Positions 1 to 10,638 of a stretch of DNA of 32,000 nt are shown here, in pieces. Within the stretch, counting starts at the first letter, position 1. Each line of letters starts with the position of its first letter. A model generated the notes under the pieces. It did no database searches. It saw only the letters and a program-made list of their open reading frames with translations, and had not been told where the DNA came from. The position numbers and the translations under genes were made by a program. Source of the DNA: an uncultured archaeon (GTDB taxonomy: Archaea > Iainarchaeota > Iainarchaeia > Iainarchaeales > CSSED10-239). The stretch covers positions 6,959-38,958 of the forward strand of contig CAZCAP010000006.1 in the NCBI GenBank assembly GCA_964496765.1, given 5' to 3'.

Positions 1-112
1 TGATACCCATTGTTTGTTTTGATTGTCGAGAGAGGCCACCAACCTTGTGGGCCATATTCTTCATATAATGTAGAATATAGTTTTGAAATTAATTTATTTT
101 TCATAAATAAGT

Positions 113-946
113 TTATTTAAGTTTATGACTAGAATGTGATATGGTTATTCCAAGCTTCTTTTTTATGTTTTCTTTTGAAAAGATTTCTTCAACTTTTTTT
201 TTTGCAATTTGTCTTGTGCTTTCTTTCTTTATAACCAAAGGATCAGAATAATGTTTAATATAATTTTTCTTAAGTTGAACAATGTATTTTCTAACTTCTT
301 TTTTAATTTCTTTAATTAGATCAAAATCAATACCATCAGAAGTAATAGAACCTGTTTTTTTTGGAGGAGTTAAAATCCTATGATAAGATTCAAGAACAAT
401 TTTTTTACTTCCTCTACGATTATATTGATACACATCCAATGTAACTGGATCAAGCAAAAGATTATGCCAACCCTCTAGTCCACCAAATTTTTTATGAAAA
501 TAACGTTTTCCAATATCTGCTTTTGCAAGAAATACTTTTTCAGTACCATTAAGCTCAGCTTTTACAAAAAAAATAGACTTAAGCTTTAATGCACGTAGAA
601 AATCACCATAGGTGTTTTCACATTTTACTTGATATATTTTATTTATGATTTTTGTATTTACTAATCCTGAATCAATTCTTTTTGCTTCTCTTATCAAATT
701 AATTTTCTTAAGATCTTTTTGAATAGTAAACTCATATTCAATAACCTTTGAAAATATTTCAAACTTATTTACATCAAACTTATTTAAATAATGTAATAAT
801 TCTTGTTGTTCATTTGATTTTAAATAGCTATAAATTTGAGATACGTAATTATCATATATCTGCATTTGCTGTGCATAGATCATTTCATGACTAATTAATT
901 CGCGTAATCTATTTACAATCTTTCTTCTAAATCCAATATAGTCCAT
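113..946 (-). CDS. hypothetical protein, Lys-rich, soluble
   Basis: Intact 277-aa ORF with no overlapping competitor. I recognise no catalytic motif and there is no TM segment. Confidence 0.55.
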   Translation of the reverse strand: MDYIGFRRKIVNRLRELISHEMIYAQQMQIYDNYVSQIYSYLKSNEQQELLHYLNKFDVNKFEIFSKVIEYEFTIQKDLKKINLIREAKRIDSGLVNTKIINKIYQVKCENTYGDFLRALKLKSIFFVKAELNGTEKVFLAKADIGKRYFHKKFGGLEGWHNLLLDPVTLDVYQYNRRGSKKIVLESYHRILTPPKKTGSITSDGIDFDLIKEIKKEVRKYIVQLKKNYIKHYSDPLVIKKESTRQIAKKKVEEIFSKENIKKKLGITISHSSHKLK

Positions 947-1110
947 AATATTTCACGTTTATAAAATAAATATGAATCAATAATTATATAAATAGAAAGA
1001 GCCTAGGCTGAATAAGATAAAATTAATACTTTGAAAAATATCCAGACTGATAGCTGTACTTTAATAAAATTTAAAATAAAATTAGAAAAAAAATGACAAG
1101 AAAAAAGAGT

Positions 1111-1128
1111 GATATTTGTAGTTGTAAT
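1111..1128. repeat. left arm of the long-range inverted repeat flanking the 23S rRNA (pre-rRNA processing stem)
   Basis: GATATTTGTAGTTGTAAT at 1111-1128 is the exact reverse complement of ATTACAACTACAAATATC at 4206-4223. Further partial pairing follows inward (AAGAATT/GCAT blocks). Confidence 0.7.
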
Positions 1129-1181
1129 TTGCACTATATTAGACAAACAAAGAATTGCATGCATTTATTTTTTGATATTTA

Positions 1182-4160
1182 TTGATTTCCTCGGACTATT
1201 AGTATTAGTAGACTTAATCTCTCGTCGAAACTAGAAACTTACATCACTAACCTATCAAACCGGTCTTCTTCCGGAGTCCTTGTCTTCTCTTTCGAGAAGA
1301 ATGGCTGTCTCGTTTTAGGGACCGCTTCGTTCTTAGATGCTTTCAGAACTTATCGGCAACAGCGTGGCTACTGGACAGTGCCTTGTCAGACAATCCATAG
1401 ACTAGAGACTGCGACACCTCGTTCCTCTCGTACTAAAGGAATCTTCCCCTCAGACAACCTGCACAACCAAAAGATAGGAACCAAACTGACTCGCATCGTT
1501 CTTAACCCAACTAATGTACGGCTTTAATGAGTGAACACCTCCACCCTTGGCTACTTGTGCACAGCCAGGATGCCGTAAGCCGACAGCGAGGTAGCAAACC
1601 GCGGGGTCGATGTGAACTCTTACCCGCGACAACCCAGTTACCCCCAGGGTAAGTTCACTGTCAGACTAGGCCCCCATAAATAGGGACACTAGCGTTCGCT
1701 AAACCCAAGTTTCCTTCCAACGTTCCGTGCTTTTAGGAACATTGTTAAGCCTGCTTTTGGTTTTGTCCTCTACGACTGATTTCTGACCAGTCTGAGCAGA
1801 CCTTTGGACACCCCTGATATCCTTTCAGGGGTGTACCGCCCCAGTCCAACCACCAAATCAAATGCTGTCCGTCTCCAAGAGACGTAAGATGTATTTTTCC
1901 CACTAGATGGTGTTACATTGGTGTCTATCTACTCCCTAGCGAAAGTAGCTTAAGCGACTCCCATCTACGCTCTATAGCAAGAATAATACAACAACATCAG
2001 ACTGTGGTAAACCTCCGTGGGGTCTTATCCTCCCTTTGGTTGTCCGTGGCGTATTCACCACGAGTGCACGTTCACTAGGTCCAAACCAGGGACAGTGACG
2101 ATCTCGTTACTTCCTTGATGCAAGCCGACATTTAATCGGCAAGGTATTACGCTACCATGAGAGCCTCAGAGTTAGGCCCGCTCTTTACCAGCGCTTAGAT
2201 CAGTTGGAACTGATGTTCACGTACTAGCAGTGAGCAGAAGTCAGTGACTATACACACCGTTTCCGGCTAGCAGTCACCTGTGTTTTTGTTAAACAGTCGG
2301 ACCATCTTTGTAATTAAAACTTACAGTTTACATAACCGTAAGCACCCCTTGTACCGAAGATACAGGGCTAATTTGCCGAATTCCCTTGGTTTGGTTCTCC
2401 TATTACGCCTAAGCCTACTCAGCTAGGGACACCTTTCTCAGTTCTTGGTACGAGCAATAAAACACTGTATAGTTTTCTTTTCATGGGCCCTTGACGACAA
2501 TGAAAGGTTTCCCCCATTCGTACATTAATCTCTTTCTCATTATTACAATTCTCCAGAGATTTGTGGCACTTAGATATGAAGACTTTCATACTCCACCTTG
2601 CCAAAAGCGTTAAAAACTATACTTGCGTTGCCACACGTGCATTATTGGTACAGGAATATGAACCTGTTTCCCTTTCAGATGTTTTCGAGTTACGAAGATC
2701 TTTAGGATCGACTTACCCTTAGCTAAAAATTAGTGCTAAGGAACCCTTGCCCTTTCGGCGGAAATGATTCTCACATTTCTTTGATGTTACTGACACGAGG
2801 ATCCATATCTTTGACAGATCCAGTAGACGTTACCGCCTACCTTCTGCTCTATCAAAGCACCTATCTACCAGATCACAGATTATCTGTGCTCTACGATTTC
2901 GGCAACTAGTTTAGCCCCGTTAATTTTCAGGGCAAAATACCATAGATTGGTGAGCTATTACGCACTCTTTAAAGGATGGCTGCTTCTAAGCCAACCTCCC
3001 AATTGTATTTGGTAAATCACTCCTTTCAAGTTCACACTTAACTAGTATTTAAGGGCCTTAATCGTAGTTCGGGTTTTTTCCCTTTTGGAATAGAGGCTTA
3101 TCCCCCACCCCCTGCTCCGGCCTTCTAAGAAGAATAACAGATTCGGAGTTTGACAAGGAAGGTAAGAATTTCTCCCCAGTACTTCCTAATCAGTATCTCT
3201 ACCCCGTTATCATTCTCCAGCCAGGCTAACCTAAGAGTTATTTTGATAGGAGCCCGCTATCAGCAGGTTAGATAACCTTATCAGTCCTACACTCAAATCA
3301 CACAAACAGTTAGACTGGAACTGCTGCTGGCCTCCACCAACCAGACGGTCGGTTTCACCATGTTCAAGCGTTTATCACCTGCTTTCGGGTCTTGTTCATA
3401 TGACTAAAAGGCACATTAACACCTCTTGCCTGGAAATTTTGCGCAAAATCGGTTTCCCTATGACACAGTGACTTCATCACTTAATCTTGCCACATAAACA
3501 AACTCCCTCGCCCGTGCTTCTTGACGGACAGTATGACATTGATCAAACAGAACACGCTTATGCTGTTACCAACACTCACTTATTGTCTGTCTTCATTCCT
3601 TTCATGCCATACCCGAACTGTTGCTAATTAGTTTCAAGTGCTTTTAACCCCCCGCTAGGGGTACTTTTCAACATTCCTTCGCAGTACTCGTTTACTATCG
3701 GTCTTGTAATATATTTAGAATTAGCAGTAAATGTCTGCTGTATTCCTACGCGATATCCGACGCGCAGTACTCTCGAACAGTAGCAATCATCTATTGTCAC
3801 CTTATTTCTACGGGACCATCACCCTCTATGGTATATCTTTCCAGATAACTTCGATTTGAGTGCACTAGATGTAACTACCTCTTAACACCACATGTCTCAT
3901 ATATTACTATATGAGATTCGGTTTGTTCTTCACTGCTTTCGGTCGACCCTATTTACAGTATCACTATTGTTTTCTTTTCCTCTAGGTACTAAGATGCTTC
4001 AATTCCCTAGGTTACCCTCCAACCTCCTTTATGAGATTGGATAATTCAAGAATCTTGGGATCAAAGGCTGCATGCGCCTACCCCAAGCTTATCGCAGCTT
4101 GCCACGCTCTTACTCGGTTTACAAGCCAAGTTATCCACTAATTAGCTTAATTGAAATCAA
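1182..4160 (-). rRNA. rrl: 23S (LSU) ribosomal RNA; ends approximate (+/- ~20 nt)
   Basis: GC-enriched block in an AT-rich background. It contains the reverse complement of the sarcin-ricin loop (GTTCCTCTCGTACT ~1418-1431) and of the conserved ..CTGAAAGCATCTAAG.. region (~1333-1350). The 5' region resembles ..GGTGGATxxCTTGG.. (~4125-4145). Terminal helix 1: TTGATTTC 1182-1189 pairs with GAAATCAA 4153-4160. Length of ~2.98 kb is normal, so no large insertion. Confidence 0.93.
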
Positions 4161-4205
4161 AGAAAATGCAAGAATTCTTATATTTGACGTATATATAGAA
4201 CATGC

Positions 4206-4223
4206 ATTACAACTACAAATATC
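4206..4223. repeat. right arm of the long-range inverted repeat flanking the 23S rRNA
   Basis: Exact reverse complement of 1111-1128 (18/18). Confidence 0.7.
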
Positions 4224-4573
4224 ACAACTTCTTTCATCCTGTTTTAAGATAGTCAAAAAATGTTTGATATTAAAAAACAGTCAAAACCGCCTAATTACCT
4301 TACGGCCTGAAAAAACTCAGCGCGGTAATATAATACTGGAGTAGGAATGTTTAAAAAGGTATCTGCTGTTTCCCTCATAGATTTTTAGAGATTAATTAAA
4401 AGGAGCCTTATTAAACCTTTTTTTTAAATTTAAATAAATTTAAACCGTCTATATCAAACTAAATCCCAAAATTAACCTTTAAATATCTAATATAACTTAT
4501 TAAAGATATATAATAAAATTATTAAAAATTTAAATAGTAAACCCAGAGTTGTTTATCATAATATATTTTTGAT

Positions 4574-4996
4574 TTAAACTGCTCTAACAAACTTACATTC
4601 CTGATTAACTTCAACAAAATGCTTAACTTCTCCAGTTATACAACTTTGACATTGATTCTGTTCCTTATTATCAATTAACTTAACTCTTGGATTATGAACA
4701 ACATCACAGGCCCACCCTTCTACAATCTCATCAGATAAACAAGGACCTTCTGAAAGTATTGTTCCTTTACTTTGTTCTTTAATACATAAATTAACACAAT
4801 CAATGCTTGCTACTTCTTTATTAGCCATTAGATCATCAGGTAAAGACATATAATAACTATAAACTCCAGCTAAAATGATTAGGATTGCAACAAAAATATA
4901 CGCAGAAATAGGAATCTTTCTTTTTGGTTTTTTATTTGGGTCTAAATCTTCTTGCAAAGCACACCATCTCTTTTGATTTTTAACTAATATATACAA
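4574..4996 (-). CDS. hypothetical N-anchored Cys-rich small protein
   Basis: 140-aa ORF with a basic N-terminus, one hydrophobic helix (ISAYIFVAILIILAGVYSYY), then an ectodomain with 8 Cys. The start codon is uncertain. Confidence 0.5.
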   Translation of the reverse strand: MYILVKNQKRWCALQEDLDPNKKPKRKIPISAYIFVAILIILAGVYSYYMSLPDDLMANKEVASIDCVNLCIKEQSKGTILSEGPCLSDEIVEGWACDVVHNPRVKLIDNKEQNQCQSCITGEVKHFVEVNQECKFVRAV

Positions 4997-5039
4997 AGAT
5001 AAGATATTTAAATAGATTTTATTATATAATTAAGTAACT

Positions 5040-5861
5040 ATGATTAAAAAAGTATCATTTATTATTGGATTAATTATATTTCTATACAGTATAATTACAG
5101 CAATTTTCTTTAATAATAATAGATTCTATGTATTCTTTTGCTTAGGATATTTACTTATATTAGATTACATAAACTATAAAACCCAAAAAAAATCCATACT
5201 AGAAGAATTAATTAAGTCTAAAAATAAGATTTATTATTTCCTTGCTGGTTCTCTATTGTTTGCATTTGCTGTAGATTATCTCTATGGAGTACTATTGTTC
5301 AATATTTGGATATGGAAGTATTATACAACCTTTAATTATATAATTTTATATACTTTAATTAATTTCTTTTTCATACTTATCTGCTATGAATTATTTGTTT
5401 TTGTAAAATACAAGCTAAAGAAAAAGATTAGGGGAAAAAAAATTAAACTAACCTACTATAAAAAAAATAAAATTCAAAACAAACTATGGTTATTTGGGAT
5501 ATTATTTTTAGTATTACCTTATTTTTATTTCGTGAATATAAGTAAAGGAACAGGAATAGTAATGGTTTTACCATTCATAGCCATATTACTATTATCGGAT
5601 TTATTTTTATCTAAATATCAAACCCCCTATATTCTTAGAATATTTAAAGATAAATTAACAATATTTACAACACTTATAACTACAATAATCTTGTTTATTA
5701 CACATGAATTAATAAATATATTTGGAAGGGAATGGGGTTATCTTAATTTACCCTTTAGACTTTTTTCAATTTATGGAGTTCCAATAAGTGCATTCCTTGG
5801 ATGGATACTATTAGTTCTATTTTGTGTATCTTTTGTTTCTTGGATTTTTGAGATTAAATAA
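5040..5861 (+). CDS. hypothetical polytopic membrane protein
   Basis: 273-aa ORF with multiple long hydrophobic segments separated by Lys-rich loops. No recognisable family motif. Confidence 0.6.
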   Translation: MIKKVSFIIGLIIFLYSIITAIFFNNNRFYVFFCLGYLLILDYINYKTQKKSILEELIKSKNKIYYFLAGSLLFAFAVDYLYGVLLFNIWIWKYYTTFNYIILYTLINFFFILICYELFVFVKYKLKKKIRGKKIKLTYYKKNKIQNKLWLFGILFLVLPYFYFVNISKGTGIVMVLPFIAILLLSDLFLSKYQTPYILRIFKDKLTIFTTLITTIILFITHELINIFGREWGYLNLPFRLFSIYGVPISAFLGWILLVLFCVSFVSWIFEIK

Positions 5862-5918
5862 AATAGTTTGCTTTTATATTCCTTTCTTGACATAAATATA
5901 TCTAGAAAAGTGATATTT

Positions 5919-7118
5919 ATGTTAGTTGGAATTGTGGGTAAACCTAACGTTGGTAAAACAACCTTCTTTAAAGCTTTAACAATGATGGATGCTCAAGCAG
6001 CAAACTATCCATTTACAACAATAGACCCAAACAAAGGTGTTGGATTTGTTAGAAATAATTGTATAGATTCTCTTTTTAATACGCAATGCAATCCAAGAAC
6101 AGGCTTTTGTAAAAATCATATTAGATACCTATCTGTTGATGTTATTGATGTTGCTGGACTAGTTCCTGGTGCAAGTGAAGGAAGAGGATTAGGTAATAAA
6201 TTCTTAACAGACCTAAATCAAGCAGATGCTCTTATTCAGGTAATTGATATTTCTGGTGGAACTGATGAAGAAGGAAGAAGTGTAAAGGCTGGATCCTATG
6301 ATCCTTCTCTTGAAATTAAATTTCTTCTAACTGAGATTGAACAATGGTTATATGGCATATTCAAGAAAAACTTCGAAAAGCTTGGAAGAGAGCAAAAAAT
6401 GAGAAAAACAAAAACAGTAACTACTCTTATGTCATTTATGAATGCAACCCTTGGAACCAAGGAAGAAGATCTAGAAGAAATATTAATTAAGCTTAAACTA
6501 AAAGATAAAGAAATAATTGATTGGACAGAAGAAGAACTAATGATGTTCACAAGAACAATAAGAGAAAGATCAAAACCAATTATTATTGCTGCAAACAAGA
6601 TTGATGTTCCTGGAGCAAAAGACATTTATGAAAGAGTTAAGAAAGAGTTTCCTAACACCACAATCATTCCCTGCTCTGCTGAATCTGAATATGCACTAAA
6701 GGCAGCAGATAAGGCACATGTCATTGATTATCTTCCAGGAGCTAAATCATTTAAGCTATTAAAGGAAGATCTTTCAGATAAGCAAAAGAATGCTCTTGAA
6801 TTTATACAAAAAAATATTCTTGATGTTTATGAAGAAACTGGAGTTCAGAGTGTAATTGATAAGATTGTGTTTGATGTATTAAAATATATTGCAATATATC
6901 CAGGAGGAACAAAGGGATTAGGAGATAAGGAAGGAAATATTCTTCCTGATTGTTTTCTAATGCCTCCAGGAACCAAGGCAATTGATTTTGCTTACAAGCT
7001 TCACACTGACTTTGGAAAAAACTTCATAAAAGCAATAGATGTTAAAACAAAAATGCTTCTTGGAAAAGATCATCCATTAAAAAACAATGATTGCATAGAA
7101 ATAGTTGCTGGAAAATAA
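5919..7118 (+). CDS. Obg/YchF(OLA1)-family GTPase with C-terminal TGS-like domain
   Basis: G1 GKPNVGKTT, G2 region YPFTTIDPN, G3 DVAGLVPGASEGRGLGNKFL, canonical G4 NKID. I prefer the ATG at 5919 (preceded by AGTGAT SD-like) over the upstream TTG at 5868 given in the ORF track. Confidence 0.85.
   Translation: MLVGIVGKPNVGKTTFFKALTMMDAQAANYPFTTIDPNKGVGFVRNNCIDSLFNTQCNPRTGFCKNHIRYLSVDVIDVAGLVPGASEGRGLGNKFLTDLNQADALIQVIDISGGTDEEGRSVKAGSYDPSLEIKFLLTEIEQWLYGIFKKNFEKLGREQKMRKTKTVTTLMSFMNATLGTKEEDLEEILIKLKLKDKEIIDWTEEELMMFTRTIRERSKPIIIAANKIDVPGAKDIYERVKKEFPNTTIIPCSAESEYALKAADKAHVIDYLPGAKSFKLLKEDLSDKQKNALEFIQKNILDVYEETGVQSVIDKIVFDVLKYIAIYPGGTKGLGDKEGNILPDCFLMPPGTKAIDFAYKLHTDFGKNFIKAIDVKTKMLLGKDHPLKNNDCIEIVAGK
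7099..7118. repeat. direct repeat copy 1 (AAATAGTTGCTGGAAAATAA), covering the GTPase stop codon
   Basis: 20/20 identical to 7752-7771. Confidence 0.9.
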
Positions 7119-7126
7119 AGAGAATT

Positions 7127-7771
7127 ATGAAACAAGTCTATTTTGTTAAATCACTGGAAGATGATTTTGCTACTAAAACAGTTATTGGTAAGAAAAAAGT
7201 TAATTGCCAAACTATTGATAATATTATTAAAATCAACACCATTATTCCAAACACACTAAGCTTTGGAAGAATAAAAAGACTTGCATGTACTCTTCTTGAC
7301 AAAAACTATACAAAGACCTATCGTTCTCAAGGAATTATATTTCAAACAAAGCAAACCCCTAATTACATTGCTCCTTTTGATATAATATTATTAACAAATG
7401 CAAACAATATTGTAGTTCAATATTATAGAATACAGAATAATCTACATATTTATTATAATCATAACCTGATAAAAGGTGCTGAAAAATTTATATTTAAAGA
7501 CTTTACAAAAATGATTAAAAAACATAAAACACCAACAGATACATGGAAACAAATAAACAAATTCAGAAAAAAAAATGGATTTAAGGAACTTTCAAAATCC
7601 AAATTTAAACTTGTAGAATATAATGAAGCAATATTTCAAATGAAGGTTAAGATTAAGCCTATTGCTATTTTTGGATATAAACAAATTGCAAAAGATGTGG
7701 CTATAAAGCATCATCTCCCACATTATAAGTCCGCAAAGCTGTTTTATGAAAAAATAGTTGCTGGAAAATAA
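7127..7771 (+). CDS. hypothetical protein (single gene enclosed by the 20-bp direct repeat)
   Basis: ORF beginning MKQVYFVKS at the ATG at 7127; the track start at 7091 overlaps the GTPase. No recognisable motifs. The C-terminus IVAGK* is encoded by repeat copy 2. Confidence 0.55.
   Translation: MKQVYFVKSLEDDFATKTVIGKKKVNCQTIDNIIKINTIIPNTLSFGRIKRLACTLLDKNYTKTYRSQGIIFQTKQTPNYIAPFDIILLTNANNIVVQYYRIQNNLHIYYNHNLIKGAEKFIFKDFTKMIKKHKTPTDTWKQINKFRKKNGFKELSKSKFKLVEYNEAIFQMKVKIKPIAIFGYKQIAKDVAIKHHLPHYKSAKLFYEKIVAGK
7752..7771. repeat. direct repeat copy 2 (AAATAGTTGCTGGAAAATAA)
   Basis: 20/20 identical to 7099-7118, with 653 bp spacing. Confidence 0.9.
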
Positions 7772-7781
7772 GCAACCATTT

Positions 7782-9983
7782 TTACAATTTTTTTCTTTTT
7801 AGAAGTAATGAGTTTGTTACAACACTCACACTGCTTAAGGCCATTGCTCCTCCTGCAATTATTGGAGAAAGAAGCCAACCTGTTGATAAATAAAGAACTC
7901 CTGCAGCAACTGGTATTCCAATTACGTTATAGAAAAGAGCCCAGAACATATTTTGTTTGATCTTTCTCATTGTTTGTTTTGATAACCTAATTGCTTTTGG
8001 AACATCCTGCAAATCACTTTTCATTAGAACAATGTTTCCTGTTTCCATTGCAACATCTGTTCCTGAACCCATTGCTATTCCAATGTCTGCCTGGGCAAGT
8101 GCTGGAGAATCATTTATTCCATCTCCAACCATTCCAACCTTGTACTTTCCATTCTCCTGGAGCTTCTTAACATAGCTTGCTTTGTCTTCAGGAAGAACTT
8201 CAGAAAACACATTATCAATTCCAACCTGCTTTGCAATAGCATTTGCAGTTCTCTTGTTATCCCCAGTAATCATGTATGTAATTATTCCTAATTTCTTAAG
8301 CTCGCTAACTGCTTTTGGAGATGATTTTTTAATTACATCTGCAACTCCAATAATTCCAAGAACTTTTTTTTCATCACTTAGCATCATCACTGTCTTTCCT
8401 TTGGTTTCAAGCTCCTGCATTTTTTCTAAAAACATTTTGTGTGGTATATTCTTCTGTGTCATAAGCTTGGTGTTCCCAAAGTAATAGGTTTTACTATTTA
8501 ATTTTGCAGTTATTCCATAACCTGATATTGCTTTAAAGTTTGTTGTATTTTTAAAACTTATTTTTTTCTCTTTTCCATAATTAACAATTGCTTCTGCAAG
8601 AGGATGCTCTGAATATTTTTCAATGCTTGCTGCAATTTCTAAAAATTGATTGTTTGTTATTCCTTTACTTGTAAGAATATCAGTAACAACTGGTTTACCT
8701 ATGGTTATTGTCCCAGTTTTATCAAATATCATGTACTTTAATTTATGCGCAGTTTCTAGGGCATCTCCACCCTTGATTAGTATGCCATTTTCTGCACCCT
8801 TACCTGTTCCAACCATTATTGCTGTGGGGGTAGCAAGCCCTAAAGCGCAGGGGCATGCAATAACAAGAACACCAACTGCAATTAGTATAGAGAACGCAAG
8901 GGTTTCACCCATCAATATATACCAAATAAGACCAGACACCAAAGCAATCCCAATCACAATGGGAACAAAATAGGATGAAACATTATCTGCAAACCTTTGA
9001 ATTGGGGCTTTCTTTCCTTGTGCATCCTCAACAAGCTTAATTATGTGTGCAAGAGTTGTATCTTTTCCAACTTTTGTTGCTTTAATTTTTAAACTTCCAT
9101 GCTTATTAATGGTTGCACCAATAACAAAGTCTCCTTTCTTTTTTTCTAGAGGTATACTTTCTCCTGTTATCATGCTTTCATCAATGGATGAAATTCCTTC
9201 TATAATTATTCCATCAACTGGTATTTTTTCTCCTGGTTTAACTAAAAAGACATCTCCAACCCTTAGATCCTCAACAGAAACAATTATCTCTTTATTGTTT
9301 TTAATTACAATAGCAGTCTTTGGAGACAAATTAATTAATTTTTTAATTGCATCACTTGTTCTGCCTTTTGCAATTGCTTCAAGAAGCTTTCCTAGCAACA
9401 CAAGAGTAATTAATATTATTGATATTTCAAAATATTGCATACTCCCTGGATTAAATAAAACATTGTACACACTTAATAGGTAGGCTGATAGGGTTCCAAT
9501 GGATACAAGAGTATCCATGTTTGCACTTTTATTTTTAAGTGCACCCCAGGCACCTCTATAGAATCCCCAACCAGCAATAAATTGAACTGGAGTGGCTAGT
9601 AGAAATAAAATATAATCCATGTATGGAACTTCTATGGAGAACCATCCTAGAAACATCATAGCTAGAGTTGGGATTGCAAACATTAGAGAAAACATAAATA
9701 ATTTTTTAAGCTTATTAAAATCTCTCTTTTTTTCTTCTTTTAGTTTATTTGTATCCTGATCCTGATTAATTAATTTCGCACCATATCCTCTTCCCTCTAT
9801 TGTTTTTATAATATCTAATGGAACAATTATTTGTTCATCATAGGTTATGGTTGCTTTTTCTGTAGTTAAATTTACATTTGATGAAAGAACGCCTTCTTTT
9901 TTATTTAGTCCGTTTTCTATTATTGTTGCACAGCTCGCACAATGCATTCCTTTAATTGATATATTAATCTCTTTTTTGTTCAT
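7782..9983 (-). CDS. copA: copper-translocating P1B-type ATPase
   Basis: N-terminal HMA domain GMHCASCA, actuator TGES, transmembrane CPC motif ([11 protein letters not shown]), phosphorylation site DKTGTIT, hinge [10 protein letters not shown]. 733 aa. Confidence 0.93.
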   Translation of the reverse strand: MNKKEINISIKGMHCASCATIIENGLNKKEGVLSSNVNLTTEKATITYDEQIIVPLDIIKTIEGRGYGAKLINQDQDTNKLKEEKKRDFNKLKKLFMFSLMFAIPTLAMMFLGWFSIEVPYMDYILFLLATPVQFIAGWGFYRGAWGALKNKSANMDTLVSIGTLSAYLLSVYNVLFNPGSMQYFEISIILITLVLLGKLLEAIAKGRTSDAIKKLINLSPKTAIVIKNNKEIIVSVEDLRVGDVFLVKPGEKIPVDGIIIEGISSIDESMITGESIPLEKKKGDFVIGATINKHGSLKIKATKVGKDTTLAHIIKLVEDAQGKKAPIQRFADNVSSYFVPIVIGIALVSGLIWYILMGETLAFSILIAVGVLVIACPCALGLATPTAIMVGTGKGAENGILIKGGDALETAHKLKYMIFDKTGTITIGKPVVTDILTSKGITNNQFLEIAASIEKYSEHPLAEAIVNYGKEKKISFKNTTNFKAISGYGITAKLNSKTYYFGNTKLMTQKNIPHKMFLEKMQELETKGKTVMMLSDEKKVLGIIGVADVIKKSSPKAVSELKKLGIITYMITGDNKRTANAIAKQVGIDNVFSEVLPEDKASYVKKLQENGKYKVGMVGDGINDSPALAQADIGIAMGSGTDVAMETGNIVLMKSDLQDVPKAIRLSKQTMRKIKQNMFWALFYNVIGIPVAAGVLYLSTGWLLSPIIAGGAMALSSVSVVTNSLLLKRKKL

Positions 9984-10041
9984 AAATTCCCTCTTTCATC
10001 ATATTAGCATATTATTTTGTTTAATTAAAGATCAATTGATT

Positions 10042-10596
10042 TTATTGCCCACATCCACATCCTCCTGTTGATGGTGGACTTGTTTCTTTCGCATTTAAGA
10101 TTGCTGCTTCTGTGATTGCATTTGTTACACCCTCAGAACTAACTGAGAAGAAACCTCTTCCCATGTTCATTGAGCATGCAATTAGAAAGGTTCCTTCCTT
10201 ATTAGGTGTAAACTCAATTATGTTATCTGTTGGAGTAACATATTTTCTAACACCGAAATCTCCAATAACTACACTTCTCATACACCCATCAACAGTTTCA
10301 GTATCCACTGTGATTTTTACAGGAATACCCTTCTTCAATGTATTTGGGGTAAGCACATATTCATAGTTTTCAAACCTCAAAATTGCTGTTTGTGTTTCTT
10401 GTTTTGCATTTAATTGACTAGTGTTTGATAAAGTTGTAGAATTTGATAGAGTATTGGTTGTGTTTGTTGTACTATTGTTTGTGATTGTTTTTGATGGAGT
10501 AGTGAATGCATAGGCAGATATAATTCCAAAAACTACAATTATTGCAATAACTACTAAACCCAAAACTAGAGTTCTTTTCTTTTCTTTTTTTTCCAT
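10042..10596 (-). CDS. N-anchored cupredoxin-like/metal-binding domain protein with Asn/Thr-rich linker and C-terminal GGCGCGQ tail
   Basis: One N-terminal TM, a low-complexity N/T/S linker, and a ~100-aa beta-rich domain with Cys/Met ligand candidates (DGCMRS, ACSMNMGRG). It sits between copA and copZ. Confidence 0.55.
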   Translation of the reverse strand: MEKKEKKRTLVLGLVVIAIIVVFGIISAYAFTTPSKTITNNSTTNTTNTLSNSTTLSNTSQLNAKQETQTAILRFENYEYVLTPNTLKKGIPVKITVDTETVDGCMRSVVIGDFGVRKYVTPTDNIIEFTPNKEGTFLIACSMNMGRGFFSVSSEGVTNAITEAAILNAKETSPPSTGGCGCGQ

Positions 10597-10638
10597 AGTT
10601 TATTTCTCCTTTTTAATTAATTATTCTTTTTTTATTTA

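Noticed and set aside
1-55. Possible 5' end of a minus-strand gene running off the left edge (ATG at 55-53; MAHKVGGLSRQSKQTMGI...), GC-richer than its surroundings.
   Set aside because: Only 18 codons are visible, there is no SD motif, and the family cannot be assigned. This is too little evidence to call a feature.
1182-4160. Checked the 23S rRNA for an intron or homing-endonuclease insertion.
   Set aside because: Its length of ~2.98 kb is normal for an archaeal LSU rRNA, and it contains no long ORF or AT-rich insert.
1450-4344. ORFs 1450-1632, 2419-2604 and 4072-4344 from the six-frame track.
   Set aside because: They lie inside or overlap the 23S rRNA gene and its flank, so they are spurious reading frames in structural RNA.
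6296-6625. Antisense 109-aa ORF inside the GTPase gene.
   Set aside because: It is a shadow ORF opposite a well-supported motif-bearing CDS, and its translation is low-complexity (S/I/L).
7957-10071. Plus-strand ORFs 7957-8175, 8182-8484, 8650-8973, 9043-9483 and 9847-10071.
   Set aside because: All are antisense shadows of copA, which carries a full set of P-type ATPase motifs.
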